64,000 nucleotides of DNA from Candidatus Saccharimonadota bacterium (GCA_016196195.1 JACPYF010000010.1:4110-68109); one strand, 5' to 3'. Shown: positions 27,242 through 36,605, counted from the first letter of the stretch. Notes: a model not told the origin generated them from the sequence alone. Made by a program: numbers and translations.

Positions 27242-28398
27242 TGATTTACCTAGACAATAACGCTACGACTAGGGTTGACGATGAGGTTGTGTCGAGCATG
27301 ACGCCTTATTTTCGTGATATATACGGCAATCCTTCCAGTATCCACACCCTTGGCTTAAAGGCTAAAACTAGTGTTGAGGCAGCAAGAGAAGAGGTAGCTA
27401 GTGTTATTTGTTCCAGCGCAGGAGAGATAATGTTCACTTCGGGTGCAACAGAATCCAACAACACCGTGCTAAAAGGAATTTTTTTCCGTGGCTTTTTAGA
27501 TGGTGAGAAAAACCAACATTTTATCATTAGCTCGATAGAGCATAAATGTATTCTCGAAACTGTCAAATTTATCGAGAAGATGGGGGCTGAGGTGACAATT
27601 CTTCCGGTCAACAACCAAGGCCTAGTTGATATAGAAGATGTTAGAGCCGCAATAACTAGTAATACCGTGCTTGTTTCAATAATGCTTGCTAATAATGAGA
27701 TAGGTTCAATCAATCCAATACGTGAAATAGCGGCTATATGCAATAAAAATGATGTACTATTTCATACCGATGCTGCACAAGCTTTCGGGAAAATACATAT
27801 TGACGTGGGGGAGCTTGGCGTAGATTTCTTATCTAGTTCAGCGCACAAACACTACGGACCAAAAGGGGTAGGAATACTTTTTGTTAAAAGTGGACTTAGA
27901 GATAAGCTAGTACCACTTATGCACGGGGGTAATCAAGAAATGAACCTACGCTCAGGCACAATCAATACACCATCGATTGTTGGAATGGCCAAGTCTGTTA
28001 GTCTATTTTGTTCAACCTCGTATGTAAATGCAGAAATGGTTAAACAAGGGAAGTTAAGAGATTATCTTTATGCTGAGATTAAGAAGAATATTCCTAGCGT
28101 TATATTAAACGGCCCACCCCTAGACAAGAAACATTTAAGACTTGCAAACAACTTGAATATTAGTTTCCCCGGAATCAACAAATCGGTATTTAACAGAAAA
28201 ACTTCTAAAATCATGTTTTCTACTGGCTCCGCATGCTCTAGCGCCGACCTTACCGCTTCTTATGTTTTAAAAAATATTGGGCTAGAAGACGATTTGGCAC
28301 AAGTTTCGTATAGGTTTGGCTTGAGCAAATACACAACAAAACAGGATATTGATGAAGCAGTATTAATTATCAAAAACGCCCACAGGTTAGCGTCATGA
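27241..28398 (+). CDS. cysteine desulfurase (NifS/IscS-like, class V aminotransferase)
   Basis: IYLDNNATT, GNPSSIH, PLP-lysine SSSAHKHYGPKG, RSGTINTP, active-site loop STGSACSS. Confidence 0.88.
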   Translation: MIYLDNNATTRVDDEVVSSMTPYFRDIYGNPSSIHTLGLKAKTSVEAAREEVASVICSSAGEIMFTSGATESNNTVLKGIFFRGFLDGEKNQHFIISSIEHKCILETVKFIEKMGAEVTILPVNNQGLVDIEDVRAAITSNTVLVSIMLANNEIGSINPIREIAAICNKNDVLFHTDAAQAFGKIHIDVGELGVDFLSSSAHKHYGPKGVGILFVKSGLRDKLVPLMHGGNQEMNLRSGTINTPSIVGMAKSVSLFCSTSYVNAEMVKQGKLRDYLYAEIKKNIPSVILNGPPLDKKHLRLANNLNISFPGINKSVFNRKTSKIMFSTGSACSSADLTASYVLKNIGLEDDLAQVSYRFGLSKYTTKQDIDEAVLIIKNAHRLAS

Positions 28399-28883
28399 TA
28401 AGGCCAATTACCAAATCATCAATCAGGAACCAGCATCCGGAGATCTCTAATACGGACGAGCTATGCGGTCTTGCGTGCATTGCCATGATGATAGATAAAA
28501 AAAACCATCAACCTACTATTCCTCAGCTATATAAATTACTTGTTCGAGGAAACGCATACGTTAAAGGCCTTGGCCTTGTAATGTCTAAAGTGCCAAAGGC
28601 CCTAAAAGGCTATGGTGTAATTTACCTCCCTTATCTACCATATTGGCTCGTTGTAGTTCTGTTAAAGTTTGGGTATGTTTTTGCAGCCTCAATCAAAACA
28701 CCTCAGGGTAATCATATAATTTTATTATACAAAAGTAGGCCGTTTGGCTTTTCTTATCATTTACCAGAACTTCAATATATAGATCCAAATCAAGCTGTAG
28801 ATTCGGGCCCACTGTCTATGTCATATACTGAGTGGAGGAGGATTACGAATTATCGTTTGCTATTGACAAAACAGGTTAAATAA
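28395..28883 (+). CDS. stand-alone C39-like papain-fold cysteine peptidase domain protein
   Basis: NTDELCGLACIAMMI matches the catalytic-Cys motif of C39 peptidases, and GNHIILLY is the candidate catalytic His. ATGA overlap with the desulfurase gene. Confidence 0.55.
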   Translation: MIRPITKSSIRNQHPEISNTDELCGLACIAMMIDKKNHQPTIPQLYKLLVRGNAYVKGLGLVMSKVPKALKGYGVIYLPYLPYWLVVVLLKFGYVFAASIKTPQGNHIILLYKSRPFGFSYHLPELQYIDPNQAVDSGPLSMSYTEWRRITNYRLLLTKQVK

Positions 28884-29098
28884 GATACAATAAAACCATT
28901 CAATCGACAAGTGCGGTTGGAGGTATTGGTGCGTTGAGTTTTTTGCTCCGCACAAAATTAACAATTTGCGTGTTAGATTTTTTCGCGAGATATTCTCTCG
29001 GTTAGACTGTTTGTTTGAAACAAATAGGTGGTCTGACCGAGGGAATCCTTCCCGAGGCGTCAACCAATCTCTGGTTGAAGCCAGAGAGGAGGAAACTC

Positions 29099-29836
29099 AT
29101 GAAAAAGATTAAGATCGTATCGGCCGTGATACTGCTGTTTGTGGTAACACTGACGTGTATCACTACAGCCTCGGCGGCTCAGAAGGGTCAGCTCGACAAG
29201 TTCGGTGGAGTTGCGTCATACAAGAGTGATGGTTCGCTCATGCCACTGAAATACACGTGGAGAATGCCCGGACTACTCGTTACGGCAACCCTGCCAAACG
29301 GGTACCAGGCAGATACGCCGACGAAAGTTGTGGTGACCTACAAGTACCTCAACGCGAAGCTGAAGGAAGGTCGTAAAAAGACGACCTACCGGAAGTGGTT
29401 TGGCAAGCGCAAGTTGCGCAGGCTGAGCGTCGAGCTGTACTCAAGGTGGTGGAATACAGGGCTGAAAAGCTTTGAGCTTCTGCACGTTAAGCAGTTCCCC
29501 AAGCCCGTTTCGATGGGCAGAACGCGAACTGTTACGCTTTGGGTTACATACCCGTGCGTACAGCCAGTTGATTTGGCGTTTTTGCAGCCTTTCTACGGGG
29601 ACGTTGCGAAGCTGCCTGACTGGAAGTGCATGCCACCAACACTCACCATCAAATTCGATGCGATCATTACCCGGTCTCGTCCGCGAACGTTCGCGACGTT
29701 CAGCCACCAGATCAGCCAGAGAGGGGCTTTTGTGTATCCAGCGCCCGCTGCTACACCCACAGCCCCACCTCCGGTAGAACCCACAGGCCCAACAGGTCCT
29801 AGCGACCCCACTGGCCCAACTGGACCCACTGGTTGA
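29099..29836 (+). CDS. secreted protein with collagen-like GPT-repeat C-terminus (GC-rich cassette)
   Basis: Signal peptide MKKIKIVSAVILLFVVTLTCITTASA|AQ, GAGGAGG SD, tail PTGPTGPSDPTGPTGPTG. G+C is 34-35 of 60 on sampled lines, against 10-24 of 60 in the next gene. Confidence 0.7.
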   Translation: MKKIKIVSAVILLFVVTLTCITTASAAQKGQLDKFGGVASYKSDGSLMPLKYTWRMPGLLVTATLPNGYQADTPTKVVVTYKYLNAKLKEGRKKTTYRKWFGKRKLRRLSVELYSRWWNTGLKSFELLHVKQFPKPVSMGRTRTVTLWVTYPCVQPVDLAFLQPFYGDVAKLPDWKCMPPTLTIKFDAIITRSRPRTFATFSHQISQRGAFVYPAPAATPTAPPPVEPTGPTGPSDPTGPTGPTG

Positions 29837-29850
29837 TTGCAAGACATACG

Positions 29851-29895
29851 CAAATTGATACGCCACGGCAAACCAGCCGTGGCGTTTTCAATTTG
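29851..29895 (+). terminator. rho-independent terminator within a longer hairpin
   Basis: CGCCACGG-8 nt-CCGTGGCG followed by TTTT. The outer arms CAAATTGA/TCAATTTG also pair. Confidence 0.7.
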
Positions 29896-29960
29896 AAACA
29901 TGTATGTGATAAACTCTAATCAGATAAACATAAGTGATATATACTTGTATTAGGAAAATT

Positions 29961-30332
29961 ATGTCTAAAGAGAAGGGTCAGAAAAAAAATAGAAAAAATA
30001 TATTACTGATAGCAGCGATCGTAATACTAGTTGCAGCGGTAATTACAGGTATCCTTCTGTATTATTCAATGACTAACACAAGTATAATTAATAAAAATAA
30101 TTCATCATCATCTATAAAAAAAACAGGCGGTAAGATATCTACCTTTACGGATGAATATCAAAGAGCCAAAAATGCGTTGAAATCTGGTGATAAAGCCAGC
30201 GCAAAAGCCAGCGCAAAAAATGCATTAGAAGAAAATAACCGCTTAAGCATCGAAGATCAATCTAAAATTCAAGGGCAGGCGGAAAAAATGAAAGAAATGG
30301 CCAATATAGCGGAAGGCAAAGACCCCCAATGA
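29961..30332 (+). CDS. small N-terminally anchored membrane protein, coupled to the giant ORF
   Basis: ATG 29961 after AGGAAAA. TM segment ILLIAAIVILVAAVITGILLYY. Very AT-rich. Its stop overlaps the next ATG (ATGA). Confidence 0.6.
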   Translation: MSKEKGQKKNRKNILLIAAIVILVAAVITGILLYYSMTNTSIINKNNSSSSIKKTGGKISTFTDEYQRAKNALKSGDKASAKASAKNALEENNRLSIEDQSKIQGQAEKMKEMANIAEGKDPQ

Positions 30333-33300
30333 GCTACAGTAGGAAGCCCTTCTTAATATTGTTTGGAATATTCTTTTCTATATACTGCACATCGATACTG
30401 TTGAGTACCGAGACCTTTGCTGTCTCGCAAGATTATCAGACAAAAGGGTATCATAGCTACAAAGTAGGGCGACTTCCATCTGCGGGCAGGCATCTGTTTA
30501 TGAGTACAAAATTTCCAAGTGGTTCACAAGGTAATTATGTCCCTGAACTTTCATTTTTGGTCTATACACAAAGCACTGACAATTCTGTAAAGGTATACCT
30601 GGATAGCACGTCACTAAATTGTAATGATTTTGTTACAATACGCGCTTGGCAGGTTACTAATGATGACACAACTGGTTGGAGCACACCCTCCATACAGGCC
30701 CCCGATGACTTGAACAATGCATCTCAATGTGATTCATCTGGAGGTAGAGTAGTGTTAACGGTACCAGGCTCCGACTTTTGGGCGTCGCAAAAGTTCGGTG
30801 ATAGCTATAAAACTACTGAAATACAATTAAAATTAGATAGTTCTCCACCAAGGTCAGGTACTTTTTATATTTCTGCCAGTGACGGAACTGGTGATAAGCC
30901 CAAGCTAGGCTTTATTGGTGCTAGACAAATCAGTGACCCAAACATTATAAAAACGAACTCCGGTTGGCTTTATTCTGAATATGCACCGAGCATAACACTT
31001 GATGGAGGTAGTCCAAGAGAGATAGAAGTTGAATTTGGTCCGCCTTGTGACCAAACTATCAATAGTGCAAATGTAACATGGAAAGATGCCGATAGCGGCA
31101 CCCCGCCAAACGGCGGACAGCAGGTGGAATATGCGGTTTTTGAAAAATTACGAGGTCACACAAATTGGAGTAGTTCTCCGGTAGCAGGCTGGGCAGATGC
31201 GGGTAGTAGTAAAAACGCTTTTTATTCTAGCGCTAATTTCGATGCTGTACAGAAAAGATCATACAAAGTATCATTTAATGCTGTTTCGGCAGCTACTAGC
31301 AATACAATACAGATCTTGCTGCCATTTGATCAGGCAGGTTACGCTAGGCCGTGTAAGCCCCCCCAGGACACGGACGGATGGAATGCAACTTTTTCCAACA
31401 CAGAAGTACAGGGTGGAAACAGTAACGGTAACACTACGGTAGGGGATGTTACAGCACCTAACACAGACGATGCGCCACAGCCGGGACATACTTTTAAATA
31501 CGTTAATACTATTACGAACAATGGTCAGTTGTCGATGACCGGACCATTTACTACAACAGGAGATTCGTATACTGATGGATCATTCTTTTATTTGCACTTC
31601 GGATACAAGGCAGGTGCAACAGCTCCGTACACCGGATCGGACCTGTATGGCAATACTGCAGGACGCATACATATTCGCAATGCGGTAAATGATAATAAAA
31701 CTGGTGAAAATTATGCGTCAAACTATGAAGACAAATGGGCTGGTTACACGACAGCTGCAAATAGTGACGTGGGTGATCCTTGGAGCAATAACTATGGTAG
31801 CTTTACTGTTGGTCAGGGTGACGGAGGTAGGGTTCGTTGTATTACCACAAGCTTTAATCCTACGTCTGGAAAGCGGGATGCTGATTCTCCGTACGATGCG
31901 CCGAATGGTGCGAGTTTTGCAAAAAATGAAAAGTGGACATATGACGACGGTCCTGATGTATCAACTCTTTGTGTCAATATACCTTGGTACTATACGCTGA
32001 GCGCAGACCTAACTGTCACCGGCGCAAGTAGCTCTACGCTGCAACAAGGTCAAGCGCTGGAAGCGAAAGGAAAAATTTCGAACCCAAATGTTGATGGATC
32101 GGGTCGTTTGCACACCAACAGTCAGTCAAAGGACATGGGTGTAATTGAGCTCAAACTAGACCCAGGTCAACCAGTAATCAGTAATATTGCCGGTGTTCCG
32201 AATACTGCTAACTATGCCACTGGTCCATGTGACCATATGAAATCCAGATCGGGTGGAAATGGTTTATGTGACCCACAGGGTGATGGTGACAAAGCTGTAG
32301 GGGCTGGATCTTCGGAAGATGTCGTAGGTGGGAGAAGCGCCAACGATACCAGCAATTATTCGGTGGGTACAAAACTTTGCTACGCAGCATATGCGAAACA
32401 CCCTAGGAACACTACTTCTACCGAGTATGATACCGGCGATTCCTACTATACCTATAGTGATATAAACTGTACGGTCATAGTCAAATCACCAAAGGTACAC
32501 TTTCAAAATACAGATGTAACAGTAGGTAGACACCGTAGTACCGTTGATAATCCATGTTCGAACCCAATAGGCGCCAGTATAGTTACTTCCAGCGCGCCGA
32601 CTATAAAAGATGACGGGTTAGCCGGAAATGGTAACATGTACGGTTCGTGGGTCGAGTATGGCGCGTTTGCTACGGGTAGTATATCTGGCTTTGGAAGTGC
32701 TGCTACGCCGCATGGCTTTGTGAACAATGCAATTGTTCAACCGCAGCGTTTGACCTTTGGCAACGATGGCGCACTGGGCAATTTTGCAGCGTACGGCCAG
32801 ACGCTTAACTGTCTGCCAAACCCGTTCGAGGATGTAAATGATAGTAATACTACAGACCTAGAGCACCTACCAACAGCTGATGCGCAAAATTCATTCGAAA
32901 CTGCAGGCATAAACAAAGGCAATCTATACCTGAACGAATTGGCCGAAAAGACTACCGCCAGCAGCGACAAAAAAGGCTACGTGGCAAAGGGCTCAAACAT
33001 CAGGCTGACTCCGCGTTCACCAACGACATACACGGCAGATGTTAGCGTTGAGGCCAAGCCATATCTTTACGGTGCAGAGTGCCCTAGGCTAAATGTAACA
33101 ATATACGTTTCTGGTGTGGTTACTGACTCAAAACCTTTGGACTATTGTAACGATACAAACTACGAGACTCAAACAGTTAACCTCGGCCTAGGCTCGGTTG
33201 GTTACGGCGGGCCTAGCAAGGTTAGGCTTGAATATGTCAATGACTATTGGATCGGTGGTGATCGTAATATTGAGGTTCGTAATGTTAATGTGAAATTTAA

Positions 33301-34051
33301 TAACAATAATACTCAGCAGGCTCATAACATTAAAGATCTACCTGTATCTAACAGGGTGTATGATACCTACGATGCTCATCTGTGCGAAAATGCAAGCACC
33401 ATAACACCAGGCGGAGGTGTTATGTTCCAACAAAGTAGTGCCAGCTCCGCAGTTGGTAAGAATGGGGCGTGTTACGGCGTAGAGATATTCAGAAGCCCAG
33501 ATCTGCCTAATATAGCATCTATGCCACCGCCACCGAACTTGCTAAATAGTGCCTACACAGGCTTTCAGTCGCGAGATATGGTCTTATATGCAAAGAAGGC
33601 TGATCCCACAAAGAAATGTACAGATGTTGCGAATGCCACTAGCGGAAATATAGTGATAGATCAAGACATTATTTATAGTAGAACCGGATTTAACAGTGTC
33701 CTGCAGCTACCGCGGTTGGCGTTTATCGCAGACTGTAGCATAACAATCTCGGATACTGTGCGCGAGGTCTATGCTAGCCTAGTCGCCGGAGACGCTATAA
33801 AGACATGTCCTCATCAGGCAAAAACTAAAGACGAATGTAACCAAAACCTTGTAGTTAGAGGCGGCATATCGGCAAACAGACTACTATTATGGCGAACATT
33901 TGGCGCCGATTTGCAAAATGATGACGGCGCGGGTACCCCAGCAGAGAACTTTGATCTGAGCCCTAGCCAAATGATTGCAAATTACAAGCGTGGGCTGCGC
34001 TCGGCTACGTTTAGTACGACTTCAGAATCTGATTTACCTCCAAGGTACTAG
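30329..34051 (+). CDS. orphan 1,240-aa secreted, cysteine-containing surface protein (putative adhesin)
   Basis: Uninterrupted 3.7-kb ORF with a signal-like N-terminus FLILFGIFFSIYCTSILLSTETFA. G/S/T/N/D/Y-rich with roughly twenty Cys. No recognisable family motif. Confidence 0.75.
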   Translation: MSYSRKPFLILFGIFFSIYCTSILLSTETFAVSQDYQTKGYHSYKVGRLPSAGRHLFMSTKFPSGSQGNYVPELSFLVYTQSTDNSVKVYLDSTSLNCNDFVTIRAWQVTNDDTTGWSTPSIQAPDDLNNASQCDSSGGRVVLTVPGSDFWASQKFGDSYKTTEIQLKLDSSPPRSGTFYISASDGTGDKPKLGFIGARQISDPNIIKTNSGWLYSEYAPSITLDGGSPREIEVEFGPPCDQTINSANVTWKDADSGTPPNGGQQVEYAVFEKLRGHTNWSSSPVAGWADAGSSKNAFYSSANFDAVQKRSYKVSFNAVSAATSNTIQILLPFDQAGYARPCKPPQDTDGWNATFSNTEVQGGNSNGNTTVGDVTAPNTDDAPQPGHTFKYVNTITNNGQLSMTGPFTTTGDSYTDGSFFYLHFGYKAGATAPYTGSDLYGNTAGRIHIRNAVNDNKTGENYASNYEDKWAGYTTAANSDVGDPWSNNYGSFTVGQGDGGRVRCITTSFNPTSGKRDADSPYDAPNGASFAKNEKWTYDDGPDVSTLCVNIPWYYTLSADLTVTGASSSTLQQGQALEAKGKISNPNVDGSGRLHTNSQSKDMGVIELKLDPGQPVISNIAGVPNTANYATGPCDHMKSRSGGNGLCDPQGDGDKAVGAGSSEDVVGGRSANDTSNYSVGTKLCYAAYAKHPRNTTSTEYDTGDSYYTYSDINCTVIVKSPKVHFQNTDVTVGRHRSTVDNPCSNPIGASIVTSSAPTIKDDGLAGNGNMYGSWVEYGAFATGSISGFGSAATPHGFVNNAIVQPQRLTFGNDGALGNFAAYGQTLNCLPNPFEDVNDSNTTDLEHLPTADAQNSFETAGINKGNLYLNELAEKTTASSDKKGYVAKGSNIRLTPRSPTTYTADVSVEAKPYLYGAECPRLNVTIYVSGVVTDSKPLDYCNDTNYETQTVNLGLGSVGYGGPSKVRLEYVNDYWIGGDRNIEVRNVNVKFNNNNTQQAHNIKDLPVSNRVYDTYDAHLCENASTITPGGGVMFQQSSASSAVGKNGACYGVEIFRSPDLPNIASMPPPPNLLNSAYTGFQSRDMVLYAKKADPTKKCTDVANATSGNIVIDQDIIYSRTGFNSVLQLPRLAFIADCSITISDTVREVYASLVAGDAIKTCPHQAKTKDECNQNLVVRGGISANRLLLWRTFGADLQNDDGAGTPAENFDLSPSQMIANYKRGLRSATFSTTSESDLPPRY

Positions 34052-34068
34052 TACTCTATAAAAAAGAC

Positions 34069-34098
34069 TTGCTAACATCTATAACGGTTATGTATAAT
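34069..34098 (+). promoter_or_regulatory. sigma-70-like promoter of the pilM operon (TTGCTA-18-TATAAT)
   Basis: Hexamers at 34069-34074 and 34093-34098. The ATG lies 10 nt after the -10 box and there is no SD. Confidence 0.5.
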
Positions 34099-34108
34099 AG
34101 CCATTAGA

Positions 34109-35161
34109 ATGAAATTACTAAATACGGTGGGCGACTTTTTTGCGCTAGATATAGGCACAACTGCTGTTCGTATAGTTCAGCTTTCTCGACAGGGTCATGG
34201 TGACGCCTGGAGCTTGGTCAAATATGGCTATGCGCCGGTAGACCCAAAGATTAGCACCAGCGACGCACCTGAAGACCAACGCCGCTTGGGCGAAGTTATC
34301 ATGACGGCACTAGGCCAGAGTGGTATTACAACTCGTGATGTAGTTGTTGGTATTCCTTCTAACAAAACCTTTGCTACGGTTGTTGACCTAGCTAAAATGA
34401 CGCCATCTGAGCTAAAAGTTAACATCAAATACCAGGCAGAACAATACATACCGATGTCGATCGATGAGGTCAAATTGGACTGGGCGCTGTTAGGTGATAG
34501 CCCTACCGGTGCTGACAAGTCAGAGGTGCTGCTAACTAGCGTAGCAAATAGCTACAACGAAGCCAGGCTAGATATGCTAGAAAACATTGGCCTGAACGTT
34601 GTGGCAACTGAGCCAGACTCTATTGCAATGCTACGTGCTATCTTCCCCGAAGGAACCAGCGGTGCAGCAATGGTTTTCGATATGGGATATAACGCCAGTG
34701 ACTTGGTTGTTACAAAGGACGGATCACCTAGGCTAGTACGATCAGTGCCAATTGGCCTGCAAGCCCTCATAAAATCAGCTATGAGCAACTTAAACATCGA
34801 ATACAACCAGGCCGAACAGTTCATTTTGAAATTTGGCTTGGCGCCAGATAGGCTAGAAGGTCAAGTTATACATGCGTTAGAGGGGACTCTGGATCAATTT
34901 GTAGCCGAGATAAACAAATCTATCACTTTCTTTCAAAACCGCTACACAGGTACGCAAGTTACCACAATTTATATTACTGGCTATGGCGCAGCGATACCGC
35001 TATTTGCCGAATACATTAACCAAAAGACTGGTATAAACGCGATTTTGGCTAATCCATGGCAAAAAGTACAAATGAACAGTGCTGACAAAGAGAAACTACA
35101 GCCAATATCAACACAGTTTGGTGTGGCTCTAGGCCTAGCTCAAAGGACGAAAGTACTATGA
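34109..35161 (+). CDS. pilM: type IV pilus assembly protein PilM (actin-like ATPase fold)
   Basis: FFALDIGTTAVRIVQL N-terminal phosphate motif, typical length, and position ahead of pilN. Confidence 0.85.
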   Translation: MKLLNTVGDFFALDIGTTAVRIVQLSRQGHGDAWSLVKYGYAPVDPKISTSDAPEDQRRLGEVIMTALGQSGITTRDVVVGIPSNKTFATVVDLAKMTPSELKVNIKYQAEQYIPMSIDEVKLDWALLGDSPTGADKSEVLLTSVANSYNEARLDMLENIGLNVVATEPDSIAMLRAIFPEGTSGAAMVFDMGYNASDLVVTKDGSPRLVRSVPIGLQALIKSAMSNLNIEYNQAEQFILKFGLAPDRLEGQVIHALEGTLDQFVAEINKSITFFQNRYTGTQVTTIYITGYGAAIPLFAEYINQKTGINAILANPWQKVQMNSADKEKLQPISTQFGVALGLAQRTKVL

Positions 35162-35883
35162 TTGAGCTAAATCTACTACCCGATATAAAACAAGAATTTG
35201 TGCACGCCAAGCGCCAAAAGCGTCTGGTTATTGTGTTCATGATATTGATCAGCCTAGGTTCAATTGCAGTAGTAGTTTTGCTGGGTCTATATGCGTATGC
35301 TGCCCAGCCTGTTCGACAAAATTTTGCCGATGGCGATATCAAAAAGCTCAGCAAAGAGTTAGAGGATAAAAAGAATTTGGTAAGAGATTTAACAATTCAA
35401 AACCAAATTACCACCATCAATGAACTACATGCCGGCAAGGCTGTCTATGGGCGCTTGTTTGATTATCTAAAAACTCTCAACCCTGAACAGCCAAACAATG
35501 TCAGCATTTCAAAGGTAACGGCTACTACAGTTGACGGCAAAGGTGCGATATTACTAGAGGCCAGCGCCAAAGACTACCAAGCCGTTGCTGTTTTTAAAGA
35601 TACTTTGCAAAATGCTATGGTCCAATATAAAGACCCTGAAACTGGCGAAACTGTTAAAGCACGTTTGTTTATTGAACCTCCCGTTATAAGCGACACCGGT
35701 ATAGGCCAGGACAGCAAAGGCAACCAGGTTGCTTCTTTCAAAGCGGCTCTAATATATGAGCCGAATGCTTTTGCCTGGACAGTTCACAATCCGAAAGTTA
35801 CTGTACCGAACAAGAAAACTAACCAGTCAGCTAGCAATGTACCATTGTTCGCAGACGCTCCTGTAAAGACGGCGGAGCAATAA
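35158..35883 (+). CDS. pilN: PilN-like pilus assembly protein
   Basis: IELNLLP N-terminus followed by a single TM helix. ATGA overlap with pilM. Confidence 0.7.
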   Translation: MIELNLLPDIKQEFVHAKRQKRLVIVFMILISLGSIAVVVLLGLYAYAAQPVRQNFADGDIKKLSKELEDKKNLVRDLTIQNQITTINELHAGKAVYGRLFDYLKTLNPEQPNNVSISKVTATTVDGKGAILLEASAKDYQAVAVFKDTLQNAMVQYKDPETGETVKARLFIEPPVISDTGIGQDSKGNQVASFKAALIYEPNAFAWTVHNPKVTVPNKKTNQSASNVPLFADAPVKTAEQ

Positions 35884-35885
35884 TC

Positions 35886-36605
35886 ATGGACAAGAATACA
35901 AAATCAAAGCCAGAAACACTAAATGCACCGGTAGTTGGTATGCGTAAGCGCCAACAGATTGCCAACAGCAACAAAACCATGTTCATTTGGGTTGCCGGCG
36001 CATCTGTATTGGTGGCATTCGCCCTAGTAATATCAATATTTTTGATCAAGCAGATCATGTTCACCGAAAAAGTATTGATCAAAAAGGGCGAGACAGTCAG
36101 TAATCTAAATAAGAACAAAGAAGCAGCAGGAGAGCTAGACAAAGCAATCAACAAATTGCGTGCAAATAGAAACCTCTCGGCATCCCGCTCTGGTGCGTCC
36201 GATAACAATCTAGACGTAATAATTGACGCTATGCCTTACGCGGCTGACCCAGTGGGGCTTGGGTCATCACTACAGTCAGTTTTGTTGACCGGTACTTCGA
36301 TTGAGTCTTTGTCAGTAGACACACCATCGACCGGAGGCACGGATACCAGCACTTCAGTTGATACTACCAGCCTGCAGCTAGTAGGGGATGCTCAGCCAAT
36401 AACATTTAGCTTCAAGGCTACGGGTACAAGTGACCAGCTAAAAGCTCTATTTAGTAGGTTAAACCGATCAATTCGTCCTATACAAGTAATGTCTGTTCAG
36501 ATTGAATCTGCTAGCGACGGCAAGTTAACGGCAACAGTCCAAGCCGCGACCTTTTATCAGCCGCAAAAGAAACTCGACCTAAAGGAAACGGTGGTAAAAC
36601 CATGA
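35886..36605 (+). CDS. PilO-like bitopic pilus assembly protein
   Basis: Single TM helix (MFIWVAGASVLVAFALVISIFLI) followed by a coiled-coil segment. The call rests mainly on position. Confidence 0.5.
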   Translation: MDKNTKSKPETLNAPVVGMRKRQQIANSNKTMFIWVAGASVLVAFALVISIFLIKQIMFTEKVLIKKGETVSNLNKNKEAAGELDKAINKLRANRNLSASRSGASDNNLDVIIDAMPYAADPVGLGSSLQSVLLTGTSIESLSVDTPSTGGTDTSTSVDTTSLQLVGDAQPITFSFKATGTSDQLKALFSRLNRSIRPIQVMSVQIESASDGKLTATVQAATFYQPQKKLDLKETVVKP

